From positions 96,626-160,625 of the forward strand of contig CAJXLK010000001.1 of assembly GCA_913055635.1 (NCBI GenBank): a stretch of DNA of 64,000 bases, given 5' to 3'. The DNA is from an uncultured Bacteroidota bacterium (GTDB lineage Bacteria > Bacteroidota > Bacteroidia > Bacteroidales > UBA12077). Of the stretch, positions 45,210-54,429 are shown piece after piece. A model generated the notes under the pieces. That model was not told the DNA's origin, made no database searches, and saw only the letters and a list, made by a program, of their open reading frames with translations. Each line of letters opens with the position of its first letter. Positions within the stretch are counted from its first letter, which is position 1. A program made the position numbers and the translations under genes.

Positions 45210-47234
45210 TTACCGCTTGATCAATTTGCTTTCCACCATTTGAATGAATTCATCCTGTTTTACTGGTTTGGAGATATAACCGTCGAAGCCCTCTTCCAGA
45301 AACTGCTGCTTATTATGTTCATAGGCATAAGCTGTAATGGCAATTACCGGGATTTGCGGGTTGAATTGTTTGATCTGTTTAAGGGCAGCCACCCCGTCTA
45401 AAACAGGCATTTTGATGTCCATTAAAATCAGGTCGATCGCTTCAGCATTTTTCACAGCTTCGACGGCCTGTGCGCCGTTTTCTGCGTGTTTTATCCGGGC
45501 ATGGGTGCCTTTGATGAATTCATTCAGCAGGAAATAGTTGGTGGCATCATCTTCTGCGATCAAAATCGTCTTGCCGGACCAGTCGGATGAGCGCCCTGGT
45601 GTTGTTTGGCCGGTGCTTTGCTGGTCTTTTGGACTTTGCCGGGGAATTTTAAAAACCACCGTGGAACCATTGTTCTGAGATGAATGGAATTTAATGGACC
45701 CGCCCATGGACCGGACCAGTCCCCGGGCGATGGAAAGGCCAAGGCCCAGGCCTTCGTACTGACGGGTTATGCCATGATCCAGTTGCCTGAACCTTTCAAA
45801 GATCAATTCCCTGGAATCCCGGGGCACGCCTATGCCGGTATCGCGGATGTAAAAATCCAGGTTGCCCCGGCTGTCTGCTTCATATCCCATTTCAATATAG
45901 CCTGAATGGGTGAATTTTATTGCGTTATCGATGAGTTTGGTGAATATCTGGTGCATTTTCTGATGGTCCAGCCTGATCCAATCATTTTGGTCAGGCAGAG
46001 GTTTACGGATTTTCAGTTGAAGGTTTTTTTGCGCTTTTTCCATTTTGTAGCGGGCCTGCTCAGCCAACTCATCGATCAGCCCGTTCAGGGAGAAGGGTTG
46101 GGAATTGATTTGAATTTGATTGGCTTCAATATAGGATACATCGAGGATGTCATTGAGAATTGACAGCAGTTTGTCACCGCTTTGGCGGATGCTGGTGATG
46201 AATTCATGTCTTTTGGCTTCATCGGGCGATGTCTCCTTCAGCAGATCGGCAAAGCCCAGAATGGCATTCAGGGGGGTTCGGATTTCATGGGAGAGGTTGG
46301 CCAGAAAAGCCGATTTCAGGCTGGCGCTTTCCTCTGCCTTTTCCTTGGCTTCCAGCAATTCCTTTTCGTACTGCTTCCTTCGGGTGATGTCGCGGGCCAC
46401 CGTAAGGATGGCCGGCCGGCCTTTGAAGGTGATGCGGTTGGCATTGATTTCAGTGGGAATTTTTTGATTGTCACGAGTGATGTGCACGGTTTCACCTCTG
46501 AAATGTTTTTCTTTCATTACCCGATTGAATATATCCGGGGCTTTAGAAGCATTCTCAGGGGTGTCGATGTCGATGGGGGTCATTTGCAGCAATTCCTCTT
46601 TGCTGTAGTTCAATCGCCTGGTGGCCTCATGGTTCACTTCCAGCATGTTGCCCTCCGGGTCATGAATGAAAATGGCATCGAGCATCGAGTTGAATAGCGA
46701 TTTAAATTTTTGTTCATTTTGACGGGTTTCTTCTTCTGCCTGTTTTCGGTTGATATAAACCGCCAGCTCATTGGCCACTGTCTCCAGCATGTTGCGTTCT
46801 TCCTTGAGGAAGGGGCCTTCTTCCAGGGCAGGCATTTCCATGAGGTAATAAATTTCAATTTTCAAGGCCTCGCATATCGCATCTACCTGAGCATGAACAC
46901 TTTGCTTCCAATTCGTTGGTTTGTAATTGTCGGTGGTATAAACCTTTTTCCCGCAGGTAATCCGCCCGCAACAGATGGTGGGATAAAGGTAGGATTGGGT
47001 CAAAACACGAATGGATTGTTTCAAAACATAATCCGTGGAATTATCGGGATGATTGGTCAAACGGGCAATCTGGTAAATCCCGGCAAGCTCCTTCTTCCTC
47101 TCGGTCAACTGGAATTGTTGGTCCTCTAATTCTTCTCGAAGTTCCTTTTGTTGGTTTTCCGCCTGGCTCAGTTTCGAGCGGAGCTCCTGAATTTCATCGA
47201 TCAATTCCTCTTTGCTGTCGTTTTTTGCTTTCAT
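45210..47234 (-). CDS. Hybrid sensor histidine kinase / response regulator (coiled coil, GAF/PAS-like, PAS, HisKA, HATPase_c, REC)
   Basis: H-box SHEIRTPLNAILGF. N/G boxes DNAIKFT, DTGIGVP and GLGLGLSI. REC ILIAEDD...DLILMDIKMPVLDG...KP. Confidence 0.92.
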   Translation of the reverse strand: MKAKNDSKEELIDEIQELRSKLSQAENQQKELREELEDQQFQLTERKKELAGIYQIARLTNHPDNSTDYVLKQSIRVLTQSYLYPTICCGRITCGKKVYTTDNYKPTNWKQSVHAQVDAICEALKIEIYYLMEMPALEEGPFLKEERNMLETVANELAVYINRKQAEEETRQNEQKFKSLFNSMLDAIFIHDPEGNMLEVNHEATRRLNYSKEELLQMTPIDIDTPENASKAPDIFNRVMKEKHFRGETVHITRDNQKIPTEINANRITFKGRPAILTVARDITRRKQYEKELLEAKEKAEESASLKSAFLANLSHEIRTPLNAILGFADLLKETSPDEAKRHEFITSIRQSGDKLLSILNDILDVSYIEANQIQINSQPFSLNGLIDELAEQARYKMEKAQKNLQLKIRKPLPDQNDWIRLDHQKMHQIFTKLIDNAIKFTHSGYIEMGYEADSRGNLDFYIRDTGIGVPRDSRELIFERFRQLDHGITRQYEGLGLGLSIARGLVRSMGGSIKFHSSQNNGSTVVFKIPRQSPKDQQSTGQTTPGRSSDWSGKTILIAEDDATNYFLLNEFIKGTHARIKHAENGAQAVEAVKNAEAIDLILMDIKMPVLDGVAALKQIKQFNPQIPVIAITAYAYEHNKQQFLEEGFDGYISKPVKQDEFIQMVESKLIKR

Positions 47235-47342
47235 TTACCTGAACCACTTGTGTGAGGGGTTTCCTTTTGATTATTGTGATTTTTTTGCGATTAACCTGGA
47301 GGGCCCTGTTTTTGTTTTTTGGGCCTCTGGCCTATAAGGCGA

Positions 47343-47516
47343 TTAATTGAAGGTGATGGAGGCCATCACCTGGATTTTACGGGTTGACTGCTCCTGTATA
47401 AGGGGGCGGTTTAAGTCAATGGATTGAATTTCCAGCCAGGGATACTGTTCGATGAACCGGAAAAATTTGTTTTTAAAGTCTTCTATGCCGTTGGAATAAA
47501 AGATGTATTTGTTCAT
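47343..47516 (-). CDS. 57-aa hypothetical protein immediately upstream of the hybrid kinase (below the ORF-track cutoff)
   Basis: My own translation: MNKYIFYSNGIEDFKNKFFRFIEQYPWLEIQSIDLNRPLIQEQSTRKIQVMASITFN. Same strand as the kinase gene. Confidence 0.35.
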   Translation of the reverse strand: MNKYIFYSNGIEDFKNKFFRFIEQYPWLEIQSIDLNRPLIQEQSTRKIQVMASITFN

Positions 47517-47672
47517 AATGGGATAAGGTTTTATAGAATTACGTGATCTGTTGAGCGGAGTTACCGGTGATTTGACAAAAAGTTTATGATTTTTGACAGG
47601 CCGGCATTTGCGCCTTGCGTTTTTCGAAATGAATGAGCTTATGGGTGTTAATTATTTCAATCCTCCTTCGAT

Positions 47673-49673
47673 TTGCATACAAAGAAAAAATTTGTTTTAA
47701 GCGTTTTTTCTCAGCATATCTCGGTCAGTTCCTTCCAGGTTCTGCCCAATGATCAAACCGCCCGGGTTCATCAACCGGTAAGGGATCAAAATGGGGAAAA
47801 GTGTGCCCTGATAAAGGTGGTGACCACCCGGCAGGGGTTTGCCTGGGAGGCCGGAACGCTGGGCATCACCAGGATAAAGCGAAAAACAGGTGAATATTGG
47901 GTATACGTGCCCCGGGGCTCTAAAAAGATCACCATCAAGCATGATGAACTCGGATTATTGAGGAATTATTATTATCCGGTGCCCATAGAAAAGGCCACGG
48001 TGTACGAGATGAAACTTGCCACCTCGGGTAATGAAGTAACCGGGCGGAACCAGGGCATTTCATCGTCTTATTTAATCGTGAACAGTGAGCCCAAAAAGGC
48101 CGAACTTTATATCGATAACAAATACCGCGGCAAGACACCGTTTAGCGGAAAGTTTGCCACCGGAAAACATACCTACCGGTTGAATAAGAGCAAATATCAT
48201 ACCCGGGCCGGCGAGGTGGAATTGTCAGCAGAAAAAGGCAGAAAGGAGTTGGATGTTACTTTGAAGCCCCGTTTTGGAAGCCTCTCGGTTGAGAGTAAAC
48301 CGGAGTCCGGGTTAAATACTTTTCTCGATGGGGATTCCACAGGCAAAAAAACCCCAGCGGTCTTTCACCGTATAGCAAGCGGTAAGCATCAGATTGAGCT
48401 CAAGGGCAAATGGTATCAACCGGTCAACAGGACTGTTACAGTAAGGGATACGCAAAAGACCGGGCTTTTGGTTAATCTTACTCCCATATACGGCCACGTT
48501 ACCGTTGAAACCCAACCGCCTTCACGCATTTTTATTGACGGACAGCGGGTAGGACATCAAACTTACCAGGGCAGACTAGTCGAAGGCATCCACACTTTTA
48601 CCGCGAAAAAAGAAGAATATACCGCAGATCAGCTCGATAAAAAAATTGTCTCTGACAACCGGTATGACATACAGCTTAATCCTCAACCCCGCTATGGGGC
48701 TTTGGATGTCTCATCTGATCCGATCAATGCCAATATCTTCATTGACGGGAAAAAATATGGAAAGACCCCCAACATCATCAAAGAGCTTTCAAAGGGGATG
48801 TATCAGGTCAAATTGGTCAAAGAAGGTTTTAAACCGGTGGAAAGGCAGATAACCATCCACCCCAATCAAACCAGTGAAATGGAAGAACGATTATTGGCTT
48901 CCGATCAGGTGACGGTTAACAGCAAGCCTTCCGGCGCAAAACTTTATATTGATGGCTCCTATGAAGGACAAACTCCGGTTGATTTGGCCCTTTCTTCCGG
49001 GCAACACCAGATTAGACTCTCTAAAGAAGAACATCAAGATTATCAGTCGGATTTTCAAGTAAAGGATGAACGCAGAAAATATACTTTTTCATTGAAACCT
49101 TCAACCGTTGGAGTAGTTCAGGTGACTTCCGATCCCCCTTCAGCCCGATTAATCGTAAATGGCAGCTATAAGGGCCGAACCCCGGTGAAAGTGAAAATGT
49201 CATCGGGCGAAGCAGAATTTATGGTGGCAAAGGAGGGGTTTAACACCAAACGCCGAACAATACATGTGGATGAATATACCAATGATCTGAATTTTACGAT
49301 GAGCATGGAAGGGCAGTATTATACATCAAAAGGAGAGGCCCTCATTTTATCTGCTTTTTGGCCGGGGTGGGGGTCCTATAAATTAAAAGACGCGGATAAG
49401 TGGGGTGATATACGGACCGTGGGCTCTGTATGGGTTACCGCAGGGTACGCATCTTTATTGGCAAGCAATAATTTTAGGTTTTTGTTTTACTCCTTATACG
49501 GATTGCCGCTCCTGGCCGATTGGATGGTGATACTTGCCTCGGATAATACCTCCCGTCAGAAGGCCCTTGATAAGTTCCGATCCTCCAAAATTACCCCTGG
49601 AATAAAAATACAACCGAATCGCGTTACTGGAGAGGAACAATTGATGTTTTCCCTGAAGATTTCTCTCAATTGA
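47673..49673 (+). CDS. PEGA-domain repeat protein with C-terminal membrane segments
   Basis: At least six repeats of V.S.P..A.(I/L)(Y/F)IDG...G.TP......G.H...L.K.G(Y/F). The start is a TTG and is uncertain. Confidence 0.8.
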   Translation: MHTKKKFVLSVFSQHISVSSFQVLPNDQTARVHQPVRDQNGEKCALIKVVTTRQGFAWEAGTLGITRIKRKTGEYWVYVPRGSKKITIKHDELGLLRNYYYPVPIEKATVYEMKLATSGNEVTGRNQGISSSYLIVNSEPKKAELYIDNKYRGKTPFSGKFATGKHTYRLNKSKYHTRAGEVELSAEKGRKELDVTLKPRFGSLSVESKPESGLNTFLDGDSTGKKTPAVFHRIASGKHQIELKGKWYQPVNRTVTVRDTQKTGLLVNLTPIYGHVTVETQPPSRIFIDGQRVGHQTYQGRLVEGIHTFTAKKEEYTADQLDKKIVSDNRYDIQLNPQPRYGALDVSSDPINANIFIDGKKYGKTPNIIKELSKGMYQVKLVKEGFKPVERQITIHPNQTSEMEERLLASDQVTVNSKPSGAKLYIDGSYEGQTPVDLALSSGQHQIRLSKEEHQDYQSDFQVKDERRKYTFSLKPSTVGVVQVTSDPPSARLIVNGSYKGRTPVKVKMSSGEAEFMVAKEGFNTKRRTIHVDEYTNDLNFTMSMEGQYYTSKGEALILSAFWPGWGSYKLKDADKWGDIRTVGSVWVTAGYASLLASNNFRFLFYSLYGLPLLADWMVILASDNTSRQKALDKFRSSKITPGIKIQPNRVTGEEQLMFSLKISLN

Positions 49674-49725
49674 AAGGATTGTTTATTTTTTTCGAATGAT
49701 TCATTTTTTGGATCACATCTGTATT

Positions 49726-50136
49726 TTAACTCGTTTCTTTTTCTATCCAGTCAAGGGCCTTTTGCTCAGAATTAAATGTTTTCAGCGATAAATTGAATTT
49801 ATTGGTAACAGAAAGTATCATATTCAGGTAATATTGTTTGAATACATTTCCCTCAAATACCACTGCTGCTCTTTTTAGTCCGCATTTATTCACTGCTTCG
49901 GGTACTGCTTCATTTTCAAACCATTTTCTGTGATCGGGTGATATGACGCCTTGATCTCTGATATCCGACAAGAAGTTATCGATTTGATGTTTTAAGCCGT
50001 ATTCCAGTAATTCGTTGAATGGTATTTTGTATTCATCTATTTCGGGTTTCCTTTTCCAAAGGATTTTACCCATTTTTAGTTCAGGATGATAAGTAACTTT
50101 CGCAAAGTCCTTATCCATAAGCAAATGTGCTTCCAT
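49726..50136 (-). CDS. Hypothetical protein, SpoIIAA-like STAS/SEC14-type pattern (tentative)
   Basis: About 136 aa from MEAHLLMDKDFAKVTYHPELKMGKILWKRKP... Low-GC gene. The family call is from the overall pattern only. Confidence 0.35.
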   Translation of the reverse strand: MEAHLLMDKDFAKVTYHPELKMGKILWKRKPEIDEYKIPFNELLEYGLKHQIDNFLSDIRDQGVISPDHRKWFENEAVPEAVNKCGLKRAAVVFEGNVFKQYYLNMILSVTNKFNLSLKTFNSEQKALDWIEKETS

Positions 50137-50860
50137 GACTTCGAAATTTATTTTGGGTTTTCTAGAATTCTTATACGGTTTTTGTGTTTTAAAGTTATCC
50201 ACTCGAGCAAGTACCCCTTGTGCAGCAAAAAAAAATTGGGGTGATGTTTGGTCAAGTTGCTTTTTGTTCTTATCACCGATAAGTTTATATCCCTCTGTCG
50301 ATTGATCCGGTTTGATTCAAACCTCTTCTGCTGGAAGGTGATCAGGAAAATCGGCACTTCCCGGATGTTTCTTTTGGGGTTTTTCCCGCAAAGATGAGGG
50401 CACTTTTATTTTTTCCAAACTGGTGAAAACCGATTGCGAAAAATTGGTGTTTCAAAGTTACTGTTTACAACTGGCACCGATCCGCTCCTGTCCCTTCTAT
50501 TTTATTTTGGGTTGAAGGCTTTGAATTGCATTACTTATGGGGTTTGTGGAGGTTTTTTTATAAAACCGAATTTTAAAGGCAGGATTTAAGATGATTAAAG
50601 ACCATTGCCCAGGTGGAGAAAATTTAAATTTGCGCTTCTGAGAGATCCATTTTTTACACAAAACCCTCCCTTTTTATTTTTGACAGGCATTAAATTGGAA
50701 TTTTCTCTATGCGTGATTTTACCAAGGTTCAATTAACCTTTGCCAAAATCATTTTTATTATATTCTTTTTGATTTTTTAAAAATTTTTTTGAACTTTTGG
50801 ATAAACTTAAATGGATCATTTACGTTATACTTATTCAAAAAAGAAGTTAGGAATTATATA

Positions 50861-51289
50861 ATGCAAGTTATTGATGAAAAGATCAATAGAGTCAAAGAGT
50901 CTACAGATGACTTAATGCAGGAGACCTTTGAGGAAACGGCGAATAATTTTTTGGATCAAGCCAATGACTTTAAAGGCAGTTTATATTCTCTTGCTGAGAA
51001 ATTTAATTCATTAAACGAGGACCTATTCTCTTACACAAACCAAGAGAAAGAAGATTCTTTAAAGAATCTAGATAAGCTGAAAAGTTTATTATCTAATGCC
51101 AATGAATTAATAGCGAGAGTTAAGAGAAATCGAGCCCTTTATTCTATAGTAAAAAGCGAGCTTAGGGTGTTTAGAGTTGAAACATCCCAGCTTAACGAAA
51201 TAATTCATGACATTAAATTAAAATACATTGATCTTCCAAATGATAAAAAGTTAAGAGAGGCTGCAAATAAATTAAAGTCTCAGTTTTGA
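50861..51289 (+). CDS. Helical/coiled-coil hypothetical protein (142 aa); candidate partner of the downstream RelE-like gene
   Basis: Its stop overlaps the TTG start of the next ORF. Very AT-rich. Confidence 0.5.
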   Translation: MQVIDEKINRVKESTDDLMQETFEETANNFLDQANDFKGSLYSLAEKFNSLNEDLFSYTNQEKEDSLKNLDKLKSLLSNANELIARVKRNRALYSIVKSELRVFRVETSQLNEIIHDIKLKYIDLPNDKKLREAANKLKSQF

Positions 51290-51717
51290 TTGAATACCTT
51301 TGTACTTCCGATTTTATCAGATCCATCAATAATCTTACTCGAAAACCAAAATATCAATACAATTCTTGTATTAAGGATATAAAGGATGAGCTTAAAGAAA
51401 AAAACATAACGCAGATCATTGATTCTGCCTTTTTATTATATCAAAATATGGAATTGCATGTTCTGAAAATCAGAATTAAAAAATCAGAACAAAGAGTGGG
51501 CAAAAGTGGTGGATATAGATTAATTGCCGCAGCAAACAATAAGACAAACCGTATAGCTTTTCTGCAAATTTATCCTAAAACTGGCAGATTCAAAAAAGAA
51601 GATTTTGACAAAGATGATGAATTGGACAAACATTTAGAAACCCTTCAAAAGGAAATAGAAACTAATTCAATTATGAAGTTTAATTTATCAGATGTTGAAC
51701 TAGGGGACTTTATTTAA
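51286..51717 (+). CDS. RelE/HigB-type toxin-like protein with extended acidic C-terminus
   Basis: LKIRIKKSEQRVGKSGGYRLIAAANNKTNRIAFLQIYPKTG matches, from memory, the (K)xRxxxxxxGKSGGxR(v/l)I......(a)xxLxxYxK core of GKSGG-type RelE toxins. The start is a TTG. Confidence 0.55.
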   Translation: MIEYLCTSDFIRSINNLTRKPKYQYNSCIKDIKDELKEKNITQIIDSAFLLYQNMELHVLKIRIKKSEQRVGKSGGYRLIAAANNKTNRIAFLQIYPKTGRFKKEDFDKDDELDKHLETLQKEIETNSIMKFNLSDVELGDFI

Positions 51718-51736
51718 ATAGATAAAAAAAACAAAA

Positions 51737-51777
51737 AAAGGGAACTTGAATAAATCAGGTTCCCTTTTTTAATTTTT
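51737..51777. terminator. Bidirectional intrinsic terminator
   Basis: aaagggaac (51737-45) / gttcccttt (51759-67), flanked by an A-run on the left and a T-run on the right. It sits between the toxin-like gene (+) and tRNA-Leu (-). Confidence 0.7.
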
Positions 51778-51843
51778 AGTGCCCTTTTAGTGCACTCGTG
51801 TTTTTTTATTGTTTGGCAATCTGTGCTTTACGGCTGTGTTAAG

Positions 51844-51927
51844 TGCCCGAGGCGGGAGTCGAACCCGCACCCTCTTTCGAGGACATGACCCTGAATCATG
51901 CGCGTCTACCAATTCCGCCACCCGGGC
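51844..51927 (-). tRNA. tRNA-Leu (anticodon CAG), class II with long variable arm
   Basis: The reverse complement folds by hand. Acceptor GCCCGGG/CTCGGGC (one G-U pair). Anticodon stem CATGA/TCATG with loop TTCAGGG. Variable arm CCTCGAAAGAGGGT. T-arm GCGGG-TTCGACT-CCCGC. Discriminator A. Confidence 0.9.
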
Positions 51928-51947
51928 TTTATTTGTGAGAGCGGTTG

Positions 51948-51955
51948 CAAATATA
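51948..51955 (-). promoter_or_regulatory. Bacteroidota-type -7 box TAtaTTTG upstream of tRNA-Leu
   Basis: The minus strand reads tatatttg 20 nt before the tRNA 5' end, matching TAnnTTTG. Confidence 0.35.
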
Positions 51956-51998
51956 TAAAAATATATCGGCCCGCCGTGCATCATCCCTAAAAATTCTC

Positions 51999-52859
51999 TT
52001 AAAAGGCTTCGATTTTTTGGGCCACCGCCTCCAGCAGCCACTGTGGAGTCGATGTGGCCCCGCTGATCCCGACATGTTCTGCGGGGGTAAACCATGCCCG
52101 TTGTACTTCCCGGGCCGTGGAAACAAAATGGCAGCGGGAATTGTGGTGGCGGCATATCTCATAGAGCATCCGCCCGTTGGATGAATGGCGCCCGGCTACA
52201 AAAACAACCCGGTCGTGTTGGCGGCTGAAGGTTTTGATGTCTTCCTCGCGCCCCGATACATGGCGGCAGATCGTGTCGCGGGCATCCACCTCCACGCCCT
52301 TTTCCCGCAAATATTCCACCACCCGGGTGAAATCTTCCGGCTTTTTGGTGGTCTGGCTGAAAAGGGTCAAACTGCCCGGCAATTCCATATCCCCCAGATC
52401 TTCCAGTGAATCGAACACCACGGCTTCCCCGGTGGTTTGACCGGCCAGGCCAATGACTTCAGGATGGGCCCGCTTGCCAAATATCCAGACGTTTTTGCCC
52501 GAATTCCAGGCCTTGCGCACATCCCGCTGCAGTTTAAGCACAATCGGGCACGTGGCGTCGCGCAGTATATTGTTGTTGCGGCGAACCTGCTCGTAACTCT
52601 CTGGCGGCTCCCCATGGGCCCGGAACAGCACATTCTCACCCTCCAGCCGGCTGGCTTCCTCCAGACCCACAGTAATCAAACCCTTTTGCTCCAGACGGGC
52701 CACCTCTTCCTCATTGTGGACTATCTGTCCGGCACAGTATACCTTCTGGCCGCTGTCTAATAGGGCTTCGGCCTTCTCGATGGCTTTGACCACCCCCATG
52801 CAAAAACCAGCCCGCTGGTCAACCTCGGCCTTTAATCCCAGTTTTCCTTCTTTGATCAT
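51999..52859 (-). CDS. ispH: 4-hydroxy-3-methylbut-2-enyl diphosphate reductase
   Basis: GFCMGVVKAI, IVHNEEEV, ATCPIVLKLQ, SQTT, TICRHV and SSNG motifs. Confidence 0.92.
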   Translation of the reverse strand: MIKEGKLGLKAEVDQRAGFCMGVVKAIEKAEALLDSGQKVYCAGQIVHNEEEVARLEQKGLITVGLEEASRLEGENVLFRAHGEPPESYEQVRRNNNILRDATCPIVLKLQRDVRKAWNSGKNVWIFGKRAHPEVIGLAGQTTGEAVVFDSLEDLGDMELPGSLTLFSQTTKKPEDFTRVVEYLREKGVEVDARDTICRHVSGREEDIKTFSRQHDRVVFVAGRHSSNGRMLYEICRHHNSRCHFVSTAREVQRAWFTPAEHVGISGATSTPQWLLEAVAQKIEAF

Positions 52860-53532
52860 ACCGCTTGAGGCTTTCGTAAATCCAAAAGTTGATGAACAAC
52901 AAACTTAATAAATATACCGTATCTTCCACCGGTATGGAGTAGATTCTTAAACGCAGATTTTCCTGGTTGTTGTATAGCACCACCGGTATTTTGGTCAAAG
53001 CCCCGTTAACGACCAGAAAAGGCAGCAGCGATACAGCATAGCCTTTGTAAAAGCTCGTCAGCCGGCTGGCAGACAGGCGCCCCGCCAGCATGACCAAAAG
53101 CAGCAGGGATCCCAGCAGAAAATTGACAAATGTGTAAGTGCGGCTGGGAACAGAAACGGCCACCAGCAACAGGATCAGGGCCAGAAATAACGTGAAGGGC
53201 TTGATGTAGGGCAGGGGACGGGTGCCGGTGAAAAACGCCACCACCTCGTAGATGAAGAAACAGGCAAAGGGAATGACAAAGAAAAAAAGCCACTCCTCCA
53301 GGGGCAACCCCAACCAGTAAAGCCCAATGGTATAATCGGGCCTGAAATGCCAGATGCCGTGCTGCTCGAACAACACATCCCATATCAGAAAGGGAATGGC
53401 CGTTAGGACAATGGCCGGGATGATGTAGCGGAATTTTTTGTAAAACTGTATTTTAGGCTCAAAGCTTTTGTACAACGGAAAACTCAGCGAGAGCAACAAA
53501 AGCAGAAAATATGTGAATCGGGTGAATTCCAT
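52819..53532 (-). CDS. crtY: Lycopene cyclase, fused CrtYc/CrtYd-type membrane protein
   Basis: Two lycopene_cyc half-domains with the LPLEEWLFF and IPVEDTVYLL boxes. About 7 helices. The start is set at MEFTRFTYF. Confidence 0.75.
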   Translation of the reverse strand: MEFTRFTYFLLLLLSLSFPLYKSFEPKIQFYKKFRYIIPAIVLTAIPFLIWDVLFEQHGIWHFRPDYTIGLYWLGLPLEEWLFFFVIPFACFFIYEVVAFFTGTRPLPYIKPFTLFLALILLLVAVSVPSRTYTFVNFLLGSLLLLVMLAGRLSASRLTSFYKGYAVSLLPFLVVNGALTKIPVVLYNNQENLRLRIYSIPVEDTVYLLSLLFINFWIYESLKRYDQRRKTGIKGRG

Positions 53533-53589
53533 GTGGCCCAATGCTTTTAGATGTCCTTGTTTTAAAATGAATATTGATCTCACCTCTCA

Positions 53590-54429
53590 TTACAGCAGGT
53601 TCATTGAATTCCTCAGGTAAGCCTGAAACAGCAAAAAGATTTTCTGTCCATTGGCAATGCGCAACCGCCCGTTCATGATGGCCTGTGGTTCAGAGTGCCT
53701 GATTTTTTTGAACAGCCGCAGGTAATAGATATACGCCAGGTAAACCCCAAAGCGGGCCCTTTTGTTGAGCATGAGGATGCCCTGGTAAGCTTCCCGGAAA
53801 TCATTTTCAATGTCGCGCTCGATTTCGGTTTTGACTTCGCGGGTAAAACCGTTGTAGCTCATCTTGGCAAAATACGTCCGCCCGCGTTCCTGATAATCAT
53901 TGTTGATGTCGCGCAAAAAGTTGACTTTCTGAAAGGCTTCGCCCAGTTTTCGCGCGTAGGGTTTTAGGGCTTCATAGCGTTGATCATCGTCGTGGTAAAA
54001 AATGCGCAGACACATCAGCCCCACCACCTCGGCCGACCCGTAAATATATTCGCCGATCAACTGCTCGTCGTATTCAGAATGGTTCAGGTCCATCTTCATG
54101 CTTTTGAGAAAGGCATCAATATGTTGGCGTTCAATGCCATAGTGGTTGACGATCCACTGAAAGCTGTCCAGTATCGGGTTGGTGCTGATGCCCCGCTCGA
54201 TGGCCTGATAGGTCTGGTCGATGAACTCATTCAGCATGGCTTCCTGTGGGTACCCGTGTAAGGTATCGACGATCTCGTCTGCGTAGCGCACAAAACCGTA
54301 TATGGCGTAAATGGGCTCACGGATTTGCCGGTTCAGCATTTTTACACCCAACGAAAAGGAGGTGCTGTAATTATGGGTTGTTAACTTGCTGATTTGCAGA
54401 TTGTTTTTGGTGTACAGGTTTTTGCTCAT
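53590..54429 (-). CDS. crtB: Phytoene synthase
   Basis: YSTSFSLGVKML...AIYGFVRYADEIVD (first DxxxD-type box) and FLRDINNDYQE (second box). Confidence 0.9.
   Translation of the reverse strand: MSKNLYTKNNLQISKLTTHNYSTSFSLGVKMLNRQIREPIYAIYGFVRYADEIVDTLHGYPQEAMLNEFIDQTYQAIERGISTNPILDSFQWIVNHYGIERQHIDAFLKSMKMDLNHSEYDEQLIGEYIYGSAEVVGLMCLRIFYHDDDQRYEALKPYARKLGEAFQKVNFLRDINNDYQERGRTYFAKMSYNGFTREVKTEIERDIENDFREAYQGILMLNKRARFGVYLAYIYYLRLFKKIRHSEPQAIMNGRLRIANGQKIFLLFQAYLRNSMNLL

Noticed and set aside
49680-51927. Calling the AT-rich segment next to tRNA-Leu a mobile element or genomic island
   Set aside because: No integrase, recombinase or transposase ORF is present, and I could not find a direct repeat of the tRNA 3' end (gagtcgaacccgc...) at the distal boundary. 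It is kept only as a compositional observation in the findings.
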